Below are positions 1 to 9,758 of a stretch of 64,000 nucleotides of DNA, in pieces; position 1 is the stretch's first letter; each line of letters begins with the position of its first letter. This DNA is from an uncultured Anaerolineaceae bacterium. GTDB lineage: Bacteria; Chloroflexota; Anaerolineae; Anaerolineales; UBA4823. The stretch is from positions 3,391 through 67,390 of the forward strand of contig CAYNWK010000002.1 in assembly GCA_964400875.1 (NCBI GenBank), read 5' to 3'. The position numbers and the translations under genes are program-made. The notes below the pieces were generated by a model. That model saw only the letters and a program-made list of their open reading frames with translations, searched no databases and was not told the DNA's origin.

Positions 1-92
1 GCAACCAGGATCACTTCAGGGATCGATGTCGGGGTGAATTCCATATAAAATCATACATTAATTAACGAGAGAGCGCCACCAATTGTATCGCA

Positions 93-1667
93 CTATCTGC
101 AAGCAAAAATCGCCAGATCGGCGTTGTAGCCGTAATCTTCACCGGTAAACTTGCGCACCTGGCTGCAATGATCATCCAGGTAGCCATCTTCGATTTGAGG
201 GAAGTCTGCTTGCAGCACGATGTAGTCCGGTTGGTATTCGCGCAGCGCCCACCCGGCGGCTGCGGAGTAATCTTGCGCCCCGATAAGATGTTCCGCAACA
301 GCAGGCTGCAGCAGGCCTGCAAAATCGATCATCTCCCGCTGTGCGTAATAACCGATAATGCCGATCTCGAGCGCGCCAACGCTCTCATCTTTGCTCGTAT
401 GCTCATCCAACCACTGCCCGATCTCCTTGTAGATCGAATAGCGGGCATCCGGGTTGCGGGCAAACCGGGCTAAATCTCTGACCTGAAAAAACAATAGTAT
501 AAATAAGAACGATGTAGCGATGAGCCCATTCCGGTTTCGGACTAACCAGTTGCGTCCTTGATCGGAGTGGCTGCTATCGTCTGTAGTCGTTAAAGCAGAG
601 TTCCCCAAAGCTGTAATCCCCAAGCCTGCGAGTACAACGAACCCGGGCACAAGGGGCGCATAATACCAAAAATAACTGGTCACCCCGAGCAGCACATATG
701 CAATGAAATACAGCAGCGTCCAGGCTGGTAAGATCCACCAGCGCCTGTTCCGTAAGATCAGGTAAGCGAGCCCTAGTAAGGCAATCGCCGCCGCCACCCA
801 GTAGTGCCAATGGGAACCGTAAGTCTCCAGCACGGATAAAAAACCAGCCGCGAATTTTTGGCTGATCGCTAAGGTGCCCTGAGATTGCTTGGCTGCCAGG
901 GTAACCGGAAATGGGGAGCCAAAGTACCACCACACGAGCGCCATCCAGCTGACCAGAATACCGCAATACCAGCCGATGGCGCTCCAAGGGAGCAGCTGCC
1001 GCAGGCGTCTTAATTTTGCCTCGACTGTGCCCGTCAATTGCAGTTGACGCCGCTCCGTGAGCAAATAATCTATACACAGGGGCAGGACGACCAAGACGCC
1101 ATCCAGACGCGCCAGCGCGGCTAAAGCCCCCGCCACGGCGGTCCAAACATACGCTTTACGGGCGTACAGAACGATGGTCAGCAAACACAACGCCAGGTAA
1201 ACTGGCGTTTCCGATCCAAGCGTAGTGACCACCAGGGGAAAAATCGGGTAAAGCAGCAAGCCGGTCCAGCCAACCCAGGGACTTCTCCAGGTATGAGCCA
1301 GGTCCCAGATCAGCAGACCACCCAACCCCAGGCTGATTGCGCCGATCAAATTGGCCAGGTGCGGCAGATCGGGCCAGATGTTTCCAAAGAGCGCTAAGAG
1401 AAAAGCAAAAAGGGGCGTTGTTGTGCTTAATACGTATTGGCCTGGATTGTAGACAAAACCGGAGCCCGCCAGCAGGTTTTGAGCGTACCGGTAGGTGATA
1501 AAAGGATCATCGTAGGCCCAGTTGCCAAAGATGGCATAGAGCAGCCCAGACACAATCGCCAGGTAAACCAGCCCAAAAATTCCCCGCCAGGCAAACGCTT
1601 GACTCAATACGGACAGGGGCCGGCGAAAATTCCATGGCGTTGTGGAATCGACTCGTTCGAGCTTCAT
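93..1667 (-). CDS. Polytopic membrane protein, candidate GT-C fold (ArnT/PMT-like) lipid-linked-sugar glycosyltransferase
   Basis: 524-aa ORF with many hydrophobic helices. The N-proximal loop DDPFITYRYAQNLLAGSGFVYNPG is typical of GT-C enzymes. Soluble C-terminal tail. Confidence 0.55.
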   Translation of the reverse strand: MKLERVDSTTPWNFRRPLSVLSQAFAWRGIFGLVYLAIVSGLLYAIFGNWAYDDPFITYRYAQNLLAGSGFVYNPGQYVLSTTTPLFAFLLALFGNIWPDLPHLANLIGAISLGLGGLLIWDLAHTWRSPWVGWTGLLLYPIFPLVVTTLGSETPVYLALCLLTIVLYARKAYVWTAVAGALAALARLDGVLVVLPLCIDYLLTERRQLQLTGTVEAKLRRLRQLLPWSAIGWYCGILVSWMALVWWYFGSPFPVTLAAKQSQGTLAISQKFAAGFLSVLETYGSHWHYWVAAAIALLGLAYLILRNRRWWILPAWTLLYFIAYVLLGVTSYFWYYAPLVPGFVVLAGLGITALGNSALTTTDDSSHSDQGRNWLVRNRNGLIATSFLFILLFFQVRDLARFARNPDARYSIYKEIGQWLDEHTSKDESVGALEIGIIGYYAQREMIDFAGLLQPAVAEHLIGAQDYSAAAGWALREYQPDYIVLQADFPQIEDGYLDDHCSQVRKFTGEDYGYNADLAIFACR

Positions 1668-1684
1668 CTGTGTGACGAACCAGC

Positions 1685-2656
1685 CTAATCCCCTGCTCCC
1701 GCAGAGAACTTTGTCAACAAAGAAAGGAAAACCTGGTAATTATTTGCGGAAACTTTGGGGTGAGGCGGCGAAAAGTTCTCATCCCATACTACCGGTCTGA
1801 TGGTCACTGAATAATCCGTCAGGTAGGATGTATACCACTTCCCCGCCTCCGACAGCCAGAGCTCGTGGGCCCATCCAGGCTGAAAGGTCTCCGCGGGAAA
1901 CCAGGGGCCAATGGGGCTGACGCCGCTGCGGTATTGTTCGCCTGCGACGGTGTTGTGATAGAAAAGGTAATAAACTTGCTTGTTTTCAAGAACCGTCGCG
2001 CTTTCAAGCATGCCGATCTCAATCGGCGGCGCAGCTCGTCCATGGTCAATCCAGGGTCCAATAGGGGATTTCGCTGTAGCCACGCCTACAATGCCTCCAT
2101 CTAGATCGGAGGCGGTGTAATAAAGATAATAATCCTCCCCAAACCTCGCCATCGTTGGATCGCGGCAGTCGGCCCATTCACCATCCATCCAGACCATGTG
2201 CTCATGATCGGGTTGGAAGACTGCGCCGCGAGGAGTCCACGCGGACGGATCTGCCGGGTTGTCCGATGTCGCCATTAAGATCCGCTGGGTATAATCATGG
2301 GTCACACCGGTGTAGTACAAATAATAGACCCCTTGTTCCTCATAAACAAAAGGCGCCCAAATTGCTAATTCGTCCACCGACCCTGGGATCCTGGTGCCCA
2401 ACACCGCGCCTAAATCCTCCCAGTTACATAAGTCCTGCGAACGACCATAAGCGAACCATTTCTCACCAGGGATGTGGTTGCCGATCAGATAGTAGTATCC
2501 CTGGTAATAAAACACATGGTGGTCTTTCAGGCCGTATCCGTCAGGTCTCCACCCCATGGGATCACATAGCGCGGATACAGGCTGCGCAGCACTTTGAAAT
2601 GAGCCAGCCAGGCCAAACATGGTGATCAGTATTGCGAAAAGGCTAAGTGATCGCAT
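1685..2656 (-). CDS. Secreted five-bladed beta-propeller glycoside-hydrolase-like protein (GH43/GH32 superfamily)
   Basis: N-terminal signal peptide (MRSLSLFAILITMFGLAGSFQSAAQP). Repeated propeller signatures WAPFVYEEQGVYYLYYTG and CRDPTMARFGEDYYLYYT. Confidence 0.5.
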   Translation of the reverse strand: MRSLSLFAILITMFGLAGSFQSAAQPVSALCDPMGWRPDGYGLKDHHVFYYQGYYYLIGNHIPGEKWFAYGRSQDLCNWEDLGAVLGTRIPGSVDELAIWAPFVYEEQGVYYLYYTGVTHDYTQRILMATSDNPADPSAWTPRGAVFQPDHEHMVWMDGEWADCRDPTMARFGEDYYLYYTASDLDGGIVGVATAKSPIGPWIDHGRAAPPIEIGMLESATVLENKQVYYLFYHNTVAGEQYRSGVSPIGPWFPAETFQPGWAHELWLSEAGKWYTSYLTDYSVTIRPVVWDENFSPPHPKVSANNYQVFLSLLTKFSAGAGD

Positions 2657-2670
2657 ACCAGGTTATCGGC

Positions 2671-3513
2671 TCATCGCCTGATCCAGTCAATTAGTTGGCT
2701 CGCCGAAGATGTTATCGCCGCCAGGCTTATTGACCGCCTCAACCATAGCCGGGCGCCCAGCGGCAGCCGGGCGTAAAATACCCTGCGGAAGAGAGCTTTA
2801 AACACCAGCCACGAAAACCAGGACCCCCCTTCGCGCCGGTGTACGCGGATCATCTCCGGCCAGCAACGGTCATCGGCTGCGACGGACTTGGCTTCGCCGT
2901 GCAACCGGAAGTTCGCCCAGGGACGAGGATAGTACTTCAACGGCGCAACCTGGGACAGCCGCACCCAGAGATCGTAATCCATGGCAAAGAAGAAGCTGGG
3001 ATCCAGCGGTCCAACCCGGCGCCACAAATCAGCCCGGAAGAAGGCGGTTTGCTGGGGGATATGTACATAGCCGCGGCGCAGACGGTGGTAGTCCGTTTGC
3101 CGCGCCGGGAATTCCCCGATCACCCGGCCGCGCTCGTCGATCAGGTGCGCGTCCCCGTACACCATCCCGATCTCGGGGTGCGACTCGAGGTATTCGACGG
3201 CTTCAGAGACCGCCCTCGGAAGATAAGTGTCATCGGAATTCAACCAGGCTAAAATTTCGCCGCCCGCCATCGCGAATCCTTTGTTGATCGCTTCGGTCTG
3301 GCCGCGATCGGGTTCGGAAACCCACCCGGCTAAATGCGGCGCATAGCGCCGGATGATCTCCAGGCTGCCGTCGGTAGAGCCGCCATCCACAATCCGGTAT
3401 TCGATGCGCGGGTAATCTTGTTCCAAAACGGAACAAATGGTTTCTTCCAAGAACTGCGCCTGGTTGTACGACGGGGTCACGATGGAAACCAGCGGCCGGA
3501 TTCGTTCGCTCAC
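2671..3513 (-). CDS. Family 2 glycosyltransferase
   Basis: [26 protein letters not shown]...VDGGSTDGS...NSDD (GT-A fold, DxD-type). GTG at 3513 overlaps the upstream stop as GTGA. The ORF track starts at TTG 3519. Confidence 0.85.
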   Translation of the reverse strand: MSERIRPLVSIVTPSYNQAQFLEETICSVLEQDYPRIEYRIVDGGSTDGSLEIIRRYAPHLAGWVSEPDRGQTEAINKGFAMAGGEILAWLNSDDTYLPRAVSEAVEYLESHPEIGMVYGDAHLIDERGRVIGEFPARQTDYHRLRRGYVHIPQQTAFFRADLWRRVGPLDPSFFFAMDYDLWVRLSQVAPLKYYPRPWANFRLHGEAKSVAADDRCWPEMIRVHRREGGSWFSWLVFKALFRRVFYARLPLGARLWLRRSISLAAITSSASQLIDWIRR

Positions 3514-4457
3514 AGCCAATCCTCGTCACGATAAAACTGCGCGGCGACCTCTCCGGTCAGCTGCCGCAGCCTATCGATCTCCGTCTGGCTCAAGCGGCGC
3601 TGCCAATTCTTGAGATTGGCCCGGCTGTCCACGTGGACGGAATGCACCTTGCGGGGAGAAAGTTCCTTCGGGTTGCCGGCTGCGCTCGATTCAAGAATCG
3701 CGCTTTCCACACCAGGCGTGAACGGCAAACCCAGGGCAGCATATAGGTTTTGATAACCTGCGACAGGCTCTTTGGAGAGGTCCTCGTGGCGGATGACGAT
3801 GGTTTCCGGACAATTCATCTGCAGTTCACCGACAAAACGGTAAATCATATTCCATAGGAGCGCGCTCTGCGCGACGATATCCTCCAGATGTTCCAAAATT
3901 TGCTCCATTTGTTCCCGATAGGGTTCCAGGCGGTCGCGCATCAAGAGAGGCTGCTCCAGAAAATCATCGAAGTCGAAGGACCAATCAAGGCGCATCAGGC
4001 TGCTGGTAAACGCTGCAGGATGCCGGACTACGATCACCACTTTGCAGCCCAGAGCCTTTATAAACCAGGGAGCAGAAAACACCGCAAATGGGTCTTTCAG
4101 CAGAGCCCGCTGCCCTCTGAACTGCCCGAGCGTAAAAGTCGCCCAGTCCCGCGCCATCCGCAGGCAATCTTTAAGCGAGCGCAGCGAACCGAGCTCCGCC
4201 CAAAGACGATAGCGAAAGCGGAGGGTATCCTTCAATGCTGGCAAATACAGGGCCTGGTTATCCGTGCAGATATACGTATACCAGCGCTCCACCGGGGCGA
4301 GCATAACGCCTGGACGATGGTGCACGTTGAGCGGCTCGCTGATATAGCCAACTTCTGGACTGGAAGCCAGCATTTTTCCCACCCAGGTAGTGCCGCTGCG
4401 ATGAGCGCCGGTAACCAGGATCGGCTTGCCTCGCTTTTCGGAGGTCGACGCAGGCAT
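3510..4457 (-). CDS. Sulfotransferase (PAPS-dependent)
   Basis: 5'-PSB loop GAHRSGTTWVGK and 3'-PB-like VVRHPAAFTSS. ATG at 4457 overlaps the upstream stop (ATGA), so the first 8 codons of the ORF track were trimmed. Confidence 0.75.
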   Translation of the reverse strand: MPASTSEKRGKPILVTGAHRSGTTWVGKMLASSPEVGYISEPLNVHHRPGVMLAPVERWYTYICTDNQALYLPALKDTLRFRYRLWAELGSLRSLKDCLRMARDWATFTLGQFRGQRALLKDPFAVFSAPWFIKALGCKVVIVVRHPAAFTSSLMRLDWSFDFDDFLEQPLLMRDRLEPYREQMEQILEHLEDIVAQSALLWNMIYRFVGELQMNCPETIVIRHEDLSKEPVAGYQNLYAALGLPFTPGVESAILESSAAGNPKELSPRKVHSVHVDSRANLKNWQRRLSQTEIDRLRQLTGEVAAQFYRDEDWL

Positions 4458-5449
4458 CACTGCAAGCAAAGGCCTGGCCAATGCCCCAGCCCGGGTAAAT
4501 TGAGCGACTCAACGGCTGCGCGCTGTTTTCGCCCCCCTACCCGTCGGAAATACCAACTTCCCAGGCTCGCTCCGCCTACCAGGCTGAGCGCTGCATAGGC
4601 CATACGGTGCCAGTGCTTGAGGGCGTAGCCGGGATCCCGGGTCAAAGCCCTCCCATAAGCTTGCAAAGCTGCGCCGGGTTCACCGCCATCCAGCAGATAA
4701 CGTCCAACCAGCCGGTAAGCGCCGGCTTCGCAGTAAGCCTGGTTGGCCTCGACCAGCGGCCCTAACTCTGGATCGGAGCGGATCCAAGCCAACAACCGGC
4801 GGGTCTCGGTGCTGAAACCCTCAGCCTGGGCGATGTTCTTGGCGCCCGGGTGGTGGCGCGCCGCCGCCCAGACCGCCGGGATGTGCACGAACGGGCTGTG
4901 TTCGGCTATGCGCAACCATAGGTGGTGATCCAGCATAAAATGATAGCTGGCATCCAGCGTCCCGGCAGTTTCAAGAGCCGCACGGCGCATGAACACGGCT
5001 GGCTGGCAGATGATGCGGAAACCCAGTAAATCGATCAACCCCCAGTTCGGGAACCTCAGGGCATTGAGCAGCCTGCCTCGCGCATCGATGGTGACAGCAT
5101 CCGCATATACCATCCCGGCCTGCGGATTGGCGCTCAAAGCGGCCACCGCGCTGGAGACCGCTCCGGGAAGATAGAGATCGTCGGAATTCAACCAGGCGAC
5201 GATCTCTCCACGGGCGCGCGCCAGGCCCTTGTTGATCGCCTCAGCCTGGCCTGCATCCGCCTCGGAGACCCACCAGGACAGCCGGGGGGCATGTTCCCGG
5301 ATAATTTCGACGCTGCCGTCCGTCGAGCCGCCGTCGACAACGATATATTCGATCGACGGGTAATCCTGCCCCAGCACTGATTGGAGCGTATAGGCCAGGA
5401 ACTCTGCCTGGTTATAGGACGGCGTTACTATGGAGACCAGGGGTGTCAT
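4457..5449 (-). CDS. Family 2 glycosyltransferase, paralogue of 2671-3513
   Basis: [26 protein letters not shown]...VDGGSTDGS...NSDD. The N-terminal ~100 aa align closely with the neighbouring GT2. Confidence 0.85.
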   Translation of the reverse strand: MTPLVSIVTPSYNQAEFLAYTLQSVLGQDYPSIEYIVVDGGSTDGSVEIIREHAPRLSWWVSEADAGQAEAINKGLARARGEIVAWLNSDDLYLPGAVSSAVAALSANPQAGMVYADAVTIDARGRLLNALRFPNWGLIDLLGFRIICQPAVFMRRAALETAGTLDASYHFMLDHHLWLRIAEHSPFVHIPAVWAAARHHPGAKNIAQAEGFSTETRRLLAWIRSDPELGPLVEANQAYCEAGAYRLVGRYLLDGGEPGAALQAYGRALTRDPGYALKHWHRMAYAALSLVGGASLGSWYFRRVGGRKQRAAVESLNLPGLGHWPGLCLQ

Positions 5450-5464
5450 TAACGGGGGTCGGCC

Positions 5465-6322
5465 TTAAAACAAGCTTTCATAGAGCACTTTCGGAAATAC
5501 GCGCAGCTGTCCCCCAATGGTGGCATCGAGCACTTCTCGGCCTGCTTGCGCGTACGCATCGCGGGCCATATGATAAGCCCGTTCCGAGGTCTCCAGGTCA
5601 GGCAGCTGCCAGCGGAATCCCTTGCCGAAATACTCTGGAGCAAAATGATTGGGGTCATCCCCCTGGGAGATCACGGTGGTATTGGCCTTGCCTTGAGTCG
5701 TGAAACTGTGGTCCACGCCGATCAGGATCACCTGTTCGAATCCAAGATGGAAGGCCAGCTGCAGCGCCACATAGGTCACCGTGGCGCCCTCCCACAAACG
5801 CCCGCTGGCGTCTGGTGCAAAGGTCGGGCCGGTATAGGTGGTATGCAGGAAGACCAGGGGAGCGGTGGCCACTTTCGCCGAAAATTCTGGACCGTTGCGA
5901 CTGGTTGCCTCCGGTTTGATTAGATCGCGGGAGCGCCACGAGATAAACTTGGGTACCGGCAGCGCCAGGATATCTGCCGCGCACTGCTCTACGACCAGGC
6001 TGTTTACCGAAAGATAATAGCTGGTCGGGAAGCCCAGCTCGGGAAAGAGCAAATAAATGCGGTTCATCCCGAAGGTGTATTCGCCTTCCAACAGGGATAG
6101 ATCGGTATGCTTCAGGCTGGGACCGTTCCCGATGATGAAAGCGCGCTCACCATGATGTCTATTGCGCGCGCTCTCCAACCAGCGGATGCTGGCCCGCCGC
6201 CTGGGATGAAGGTTCGCAGCGGGCCACTGCGCAGCGCGGCCCAGGCCGTACCACGTTTCCCTGGCCAAATTCCACAGCGGCTCCGGTAGGACCCGCTTCA
6301 GATCAGAGCGATAAGTCATCAT
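5465..6322 (-). CDS. DUF115/MptE-like protein (Maf/Cst-II-like), candidate ulosonic-acid transferase
   Basis: FIIGNGPSLKHTDLSLL resembles the GNGPSL N-terminal motif of Campylobacter Cst-II/Maf-type proteins. LIGVDHSF core. Start overlaps the upstream stop (ATGA). Confidence 0.5.
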   Translation of the reverse strand: MMTYRSDLKRVLPEPLWNLARETWYGLGRAAQWPAANLHPRRRASIRWLESARNRHHGERAFIIGNGPSLKHTDLSLLEGEYTFGMNRIYLLFPELGFPTSYYLSVNSLVVEQCAADILALPVPKFISWRSRDLIKPEATSRNGPEFSAKVATAPLVFLHTTYTGPTFAPDASGRLWEGATVTYVALQLAFHLGFEQVILIGVDHSFTTQGKANTTVISQGDDPNHFAPEYFGKGFRWQLPDLETSERAYHMARDAYAQAGREVLDATIGGQLRVFPKVLYESLF

Positions 6323-7128
6323 TCCGTGCTCAAACGCGCCGTCGCGCCGCCATCAACCACCAGGGCTTGACCGGTCATGAAGGAGGATTGTTCTTCGTCA
6401 GCCAGGAAATAAATTGCTCGGGCGATCTCTACAGGTTTCCCGATCCGCCCGATGACAGTCTTATCCGCAAGATTTTCCAGCCGTTCGGTCAGGCTGCCCG
6501 CCCCCACGTGGCCGCGGCTTAAGCCGGCGTGCAGCATGGGCGTGTCCACCGCGCCGGGCAGGATGGCGTTTGAACGAATGCCGTCCGGAGCGAATTCAAT
6601 TGCCATGGCGCGCGTTAGCGCCAGCAAGCCGCCCTTGCTGGCGGCATAGCTGGCGATGTTCGCCGAGGTGGCGATGGCGTGCACCGAAGAAACGTTCACG
6701 ATGGCACCCCCGCCCGCAGCCTTGAAAAGCGGATGGGCCAGCTTGGCGCTCAGGAAGACCGAACGCAGGTTCGATGCCAAGACCAGATCCCATTCCTCAG
6801 CGCTGGTCTCAAGCAGGGGCTTGGTAATCTGCACGGCAGCGTTGTTTACCAACGCGTCAAGGCGATCCGTAAACAACTGGGTTTGTTGGAAGATCGCTTC
6901 CAATTCCTGAGGATCTGAGATATCCGCCTGGATGAATAGGCTGGAGTCAGGGAACACACCTCCGTACGGCGCCCGGTCGACGGCGATAACGTTCCAATCC
7001 CTGGCAGAAAACACGTCCACCGTCGCCCGGCCAATGCCGCCAGCCGCGCCGGTGATCAGGACTGTCCTACGCTTACCGAGATGGTTAATTTTGTTCATTA
7101 TTCTGTTGATACTGGTAAATACAATCAA
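6319..7128 (-). CDS. Short-chain dehydrogenase/reductase (SDR)
   Basis: TGAAGGIGRA cofactor loop, NNAA, and the S...YAASKGG catalytic triad region. Confidence 0.85.
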   Translation of the reverse strand: MIVFTSINRIMNKINHLGKRRTVLITGAAGGIGRATVDVFSARDWNVIAVDRAPYGGVFPDSSLFIQADISDPQELEAIFQQTQLFTDRLDALVNNAAVQITKPLLETSAEEWDLVLASNLRSVFLSAKLAHPLFKAAGGGAIVNVSSVHAIATSANIASYAASKGGLLALTRAMAIEFAPDGIRSNAILPGAVDTPMLHAGLSRGHVGAGSLTERLENLADKTVIGRIGKPVEIARAIYFLADEEQSSFMTGQALVVDGGATARLSTE

Positions 7129-7156
7129 TCATCAAGTTCACTTCGACTATTTCGAC

Positions 7157-8119
7157 TCAACCTGCTTCTTTGAGGCTATCAACCGGCAGACCTAATCCGG
7201 AAAAGAGATTGCGCAGCGTATTCCAATGCACCCGTTCCCATGCGCTCGGGCTGGAATTGGCGTTGTGGGGCGCCAGCATCACCTGATCCATTTTGAGCAA
7301 GGGACTATCCAGTGGTAACGGCTCTACTTCGAAAACGTCGAGGGCAGCCCCTGCGATCACCTCTTGCTGAAGTGCATCCACCAGGTCTGGTTCGTCTACC
7401 ACCGGACCCCGCGAAGTATTGATCAGGATGGCGGTGGGTTTCATCAGCGCCAGCGTCTCCCGGTTGATCAAATGATAGCTGGATGGATTCAGATCGCAGT
7501 GCAAGCTGACGAAATCCGCTCGCGCCAGCAGATCCGCCAGCGAAGTCATCTCCACACCCTGCTCCAGGACGAAGTCGGGCGCGATGGCGATGATATCATT
7601 GCCTAATAATTTCATACCGAACCCTCGGGCGCGGCGCAGCACCGCTTTCCCGCAGTTCCCCACGCCAATGACCCCGAGAGTGCATTCGCTCAGCGAACGC
7701 CCGGGGAGCTTTTCCCAGCGTCCCGCCTTCATCGCTCGGTCCATCCAGGGTTGGCGGCGGGCGTAGGCTAGTAGGTAGCCCATCACCGTGTCCGCAACCG
7801 GCAGGGTGAAGGCGTTCGGCGTGTTGCCCACGCGAATACCCAGCCGGGCAGCGGCGCCTTGGTCAATGGAGTCGATCCCCGTGCCCCATTTCGAGATCAC
7901 CTTCAAGCGCGGCGCACAGGCGGAGAGTACCCGGTCGGTAAAGCGGTCATCGCCGCAAATCGCGCCGTCGAATTCTCCGGCGAGCGCCAGCAATTCCGCT
8001 TCCTCCAACCGCTCAGAGACCTGTGGGACGATCAGATCAATCCCACGGGCTTCAAAAAGTGGGCGAAATCGATCCAGGAAGGGGATCATGTAGGGGGCGG
8101 AAAAGAGCACGGTCGTCAT
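7157..8119 (-). CDS. D-isomer-specific 2-hydroxyacid dehydrogenase family (phosphoglycerate-dehydrogenase-like)
   Basis: GVIGVGNCGKAV NAD loop, LINTSRGPVVDE, DVFEVEPL, PHNANSS. Confidence 0.85.
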   Translation of the reverse strand: MTTVLFSAPYMIPFLDRFRPLFEARGIDLIVPQVSERLEEAELLALAGEFDGAICGDDRFTDRVLSACAPRLKVISKWGTGIDSIDQGAAARLGIRVGNTPNAFTLPVADTVMGYLLAYARRQPWMDRAMKAGRWEKLPGRSLSECTLGVIGVGNCGKAVLRRARGFGMKLLGNDIIAIAPDFVLEQGVEMTSLADLLARADFVSLHCDLNPSSYHLINRETLALMKPTAILINTSRGPVVDEPDLVDALQQEVIAGAALDVFEVEPLPLDSPLLKMDQVMLAPHNANSSPSAWERVHWNTLRNLFSGLGLPVDSLKEAG

Positions 8120-8787
8120 ATACCGTCCGCCCGCTGCATCAAGAACTCCGTGATGGCAAAATCCAGTTCCTCGTCGATGTCCCAGGCTTCGGCGGCGTCG
8201 ATCTCGAACAGATACGGGCGCTCTCCGATGCGATTGCGCTTTTCTTCCAGCGTCCGGCGGGTGAAGATGTACAGGCAGGAATTTTCCTCGAAAACCGGGG
8301 GCAGATCCTGCGTGCGAAGTAAGATCGCCGGATTATGATTGACCGCCCTTCCAAGCGAATCCCACAAACGCGTCTGCCAGCGGGTAACCGAAAACAGCGA
8401 ATCGTAACCAGGGTAATTTTCCAAATACACGTGGATGGCGCCCCGGATTGTCTCAGGCTGGAGCAGCGGGTTGGTGGTGTGAGTTTGCAGGTAGAAGTCC
8501 GCCTCGACCAGGGCCGTATCGTGGAGCAGCACCTCATTCATCGGCACATCCCCGGCTCGCAAGTGCTCCGGTCGATCGATCACCTGAACCTTGGGGAATT
8601 TCGTCTGTAATCCTGCGGCAATCTCCAGGCTGTCAGTGTCCACCACGATCGTATCGATCTCTTCGCAAACGGATAAGGTGTCCAGGATATAGTGATATAA
8701 CGGCTTACCCGCAAGAGGGCGGTAATTTTTACCCGGCACACGCTCCGAGTGATGCCGCATGGGTACAAGGGCTGCTAACTTCTTCAT
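8116..8787 (-). CDS. Cytidylyltransferase, acylneuraminate (NeuA/KdsB)-like
   Basis: ALVPMRHHSERVPGKNYRPLAGKPLYHY N-terminal signature. ATGA coupling at both ends. Confidence 0.7.
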   Translation of the reverse strand: MKKLAALVPMRHHSERVPGKNYRPLAGKPLYHYILDTLSVCEEIDTIVVDTDSLEIAAGLQTKFPKVQVIDRPEHLRAGDVPMNEVLLHDTALVEADFYLQTHTTNPLLQPETIRGAIHVYLENYPGYDSLFSVTRWQTRLWDSLGRAVNHNPAILLRTQDLPPVFEENSCLYIFTRRTLEEKRNRIGERPYLFEIDAAEAWDIDEELDFAITEFLMQRADGI

Positions 8788-9758
8788 CCTTCTTCCGTCG
8801 CGTCATTATAATGGATGGGTTTCACCTTCCTGGGCTCCACTGCGCTCTTCGAGCGGACCCCGCGAGGGTAATAAAAAGTCTGGCGCAGCTGCCAGGTCAG
8901 CGGGCCTGAATGCCGGAAACCCTGGTAGGTGCCCCAAAACTGCATAAAGCGAAAACCAAGGATACCGCTTAGCTCGGTGAACAAAGCTCCCTGCCGGGCA
9001 GCATGCCAGAGATCCACGGCGACGTTGACGGTGAACAGGCGCAGGAAATCCCACCAGTGAAAGCTTTCCCTGGGGAAGATGTGTTTGAAAGCCATCGACT
9101 CGCGCCGGTAGCGGTTGAAGATGCCCCGCAGCGTCTCGTCGTGCACGTGGATGACTTCCGCTTCCGCTGAATAAGCCACCTGGTAGCCTTGCTCCAAGGC
9201 CCAATGAGCCCAGGCGACATCCTCCAACCCGGACAGGGTTTCGTCATAGGCATGCTGCTCCCAGAGAACCCGCCGGATGGCAGCATTGGCATTGTTACAG
9301 AACGGGTGTTCTTGACGCGCTTGGGAGACTTCTGGGAACCAGTGGGCGAACACCTGATGCTCCGAAAACCGCGTGGTACCGTTGCCGCGCTGTTTTCCGT
9401 AAACGACAGCCACCTGCTCGTCTTTGAACGGCGCGAGCAGCCGTTCGATCCAGTCCGGGTAAACTGGATATACGTGGGCGCTGGCGAAAAGGATGAAATC
9501 GCTACTGGAGGCTGCGATCCCCCGGTTGAGCGAGTAACCAAAGGTGAAGTCCTCAGGGTGAATGCGCACGACCTTGACCGGGTAACGCGAAGCGATCGCC
9601 ACCGTCGCATCGGTGGAGCCGGAATCGACCAGGATGATCTCCGGTTCGGAGTAGCTCTGCTTCAAGACACCTTCCAGCAGGCGCCCTATGTGCTCTTCCT
9701 CGTTGAACGCCCGGATTACGATGGAACAGCGGGCCGACTCCGGGACATTACCAGTCAT
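8784..9758 (-). CDS. Family 2 glycosyltransferase
   Basis: CSIVIRAFNEEEHIGRLLEGVLKQ...LVDSGSTDAT. Start moved to ATG 9758, just inside the end of the upstream gene. The ORF-track N-terminus overlaps that gene by about 145 nt. Confidence 0.8.
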   Translation of the reverse strand: MTGNVPESARCSIVIRAFNEEEHIGRLLEGVLKQSYSEPEIILVDSGSTDATVAIASRYPVKVVRIHPEDFTFGYSLNRGIAASSSDFILFASAHVYPVYPDWIERLLAPFKDEQVAVVYGKQRGNGTTRFSEHQVFAHWFPEVSQARQEHPFCNNANAAIRRVLWEQHAYDETLSGLEDVAWAHWALEQGYQVAYSAEAEVIHVHDETLRGIFNRYRRESMAFKHIFPRESFHWWDFLRLFTVNVAVDLWHAARQGALFTELSGILGFRFMQFWGTYQGFRHSGPLTWQLRQTFYYPRGVRSKSAVEPRKVKPIHYNDATEEG

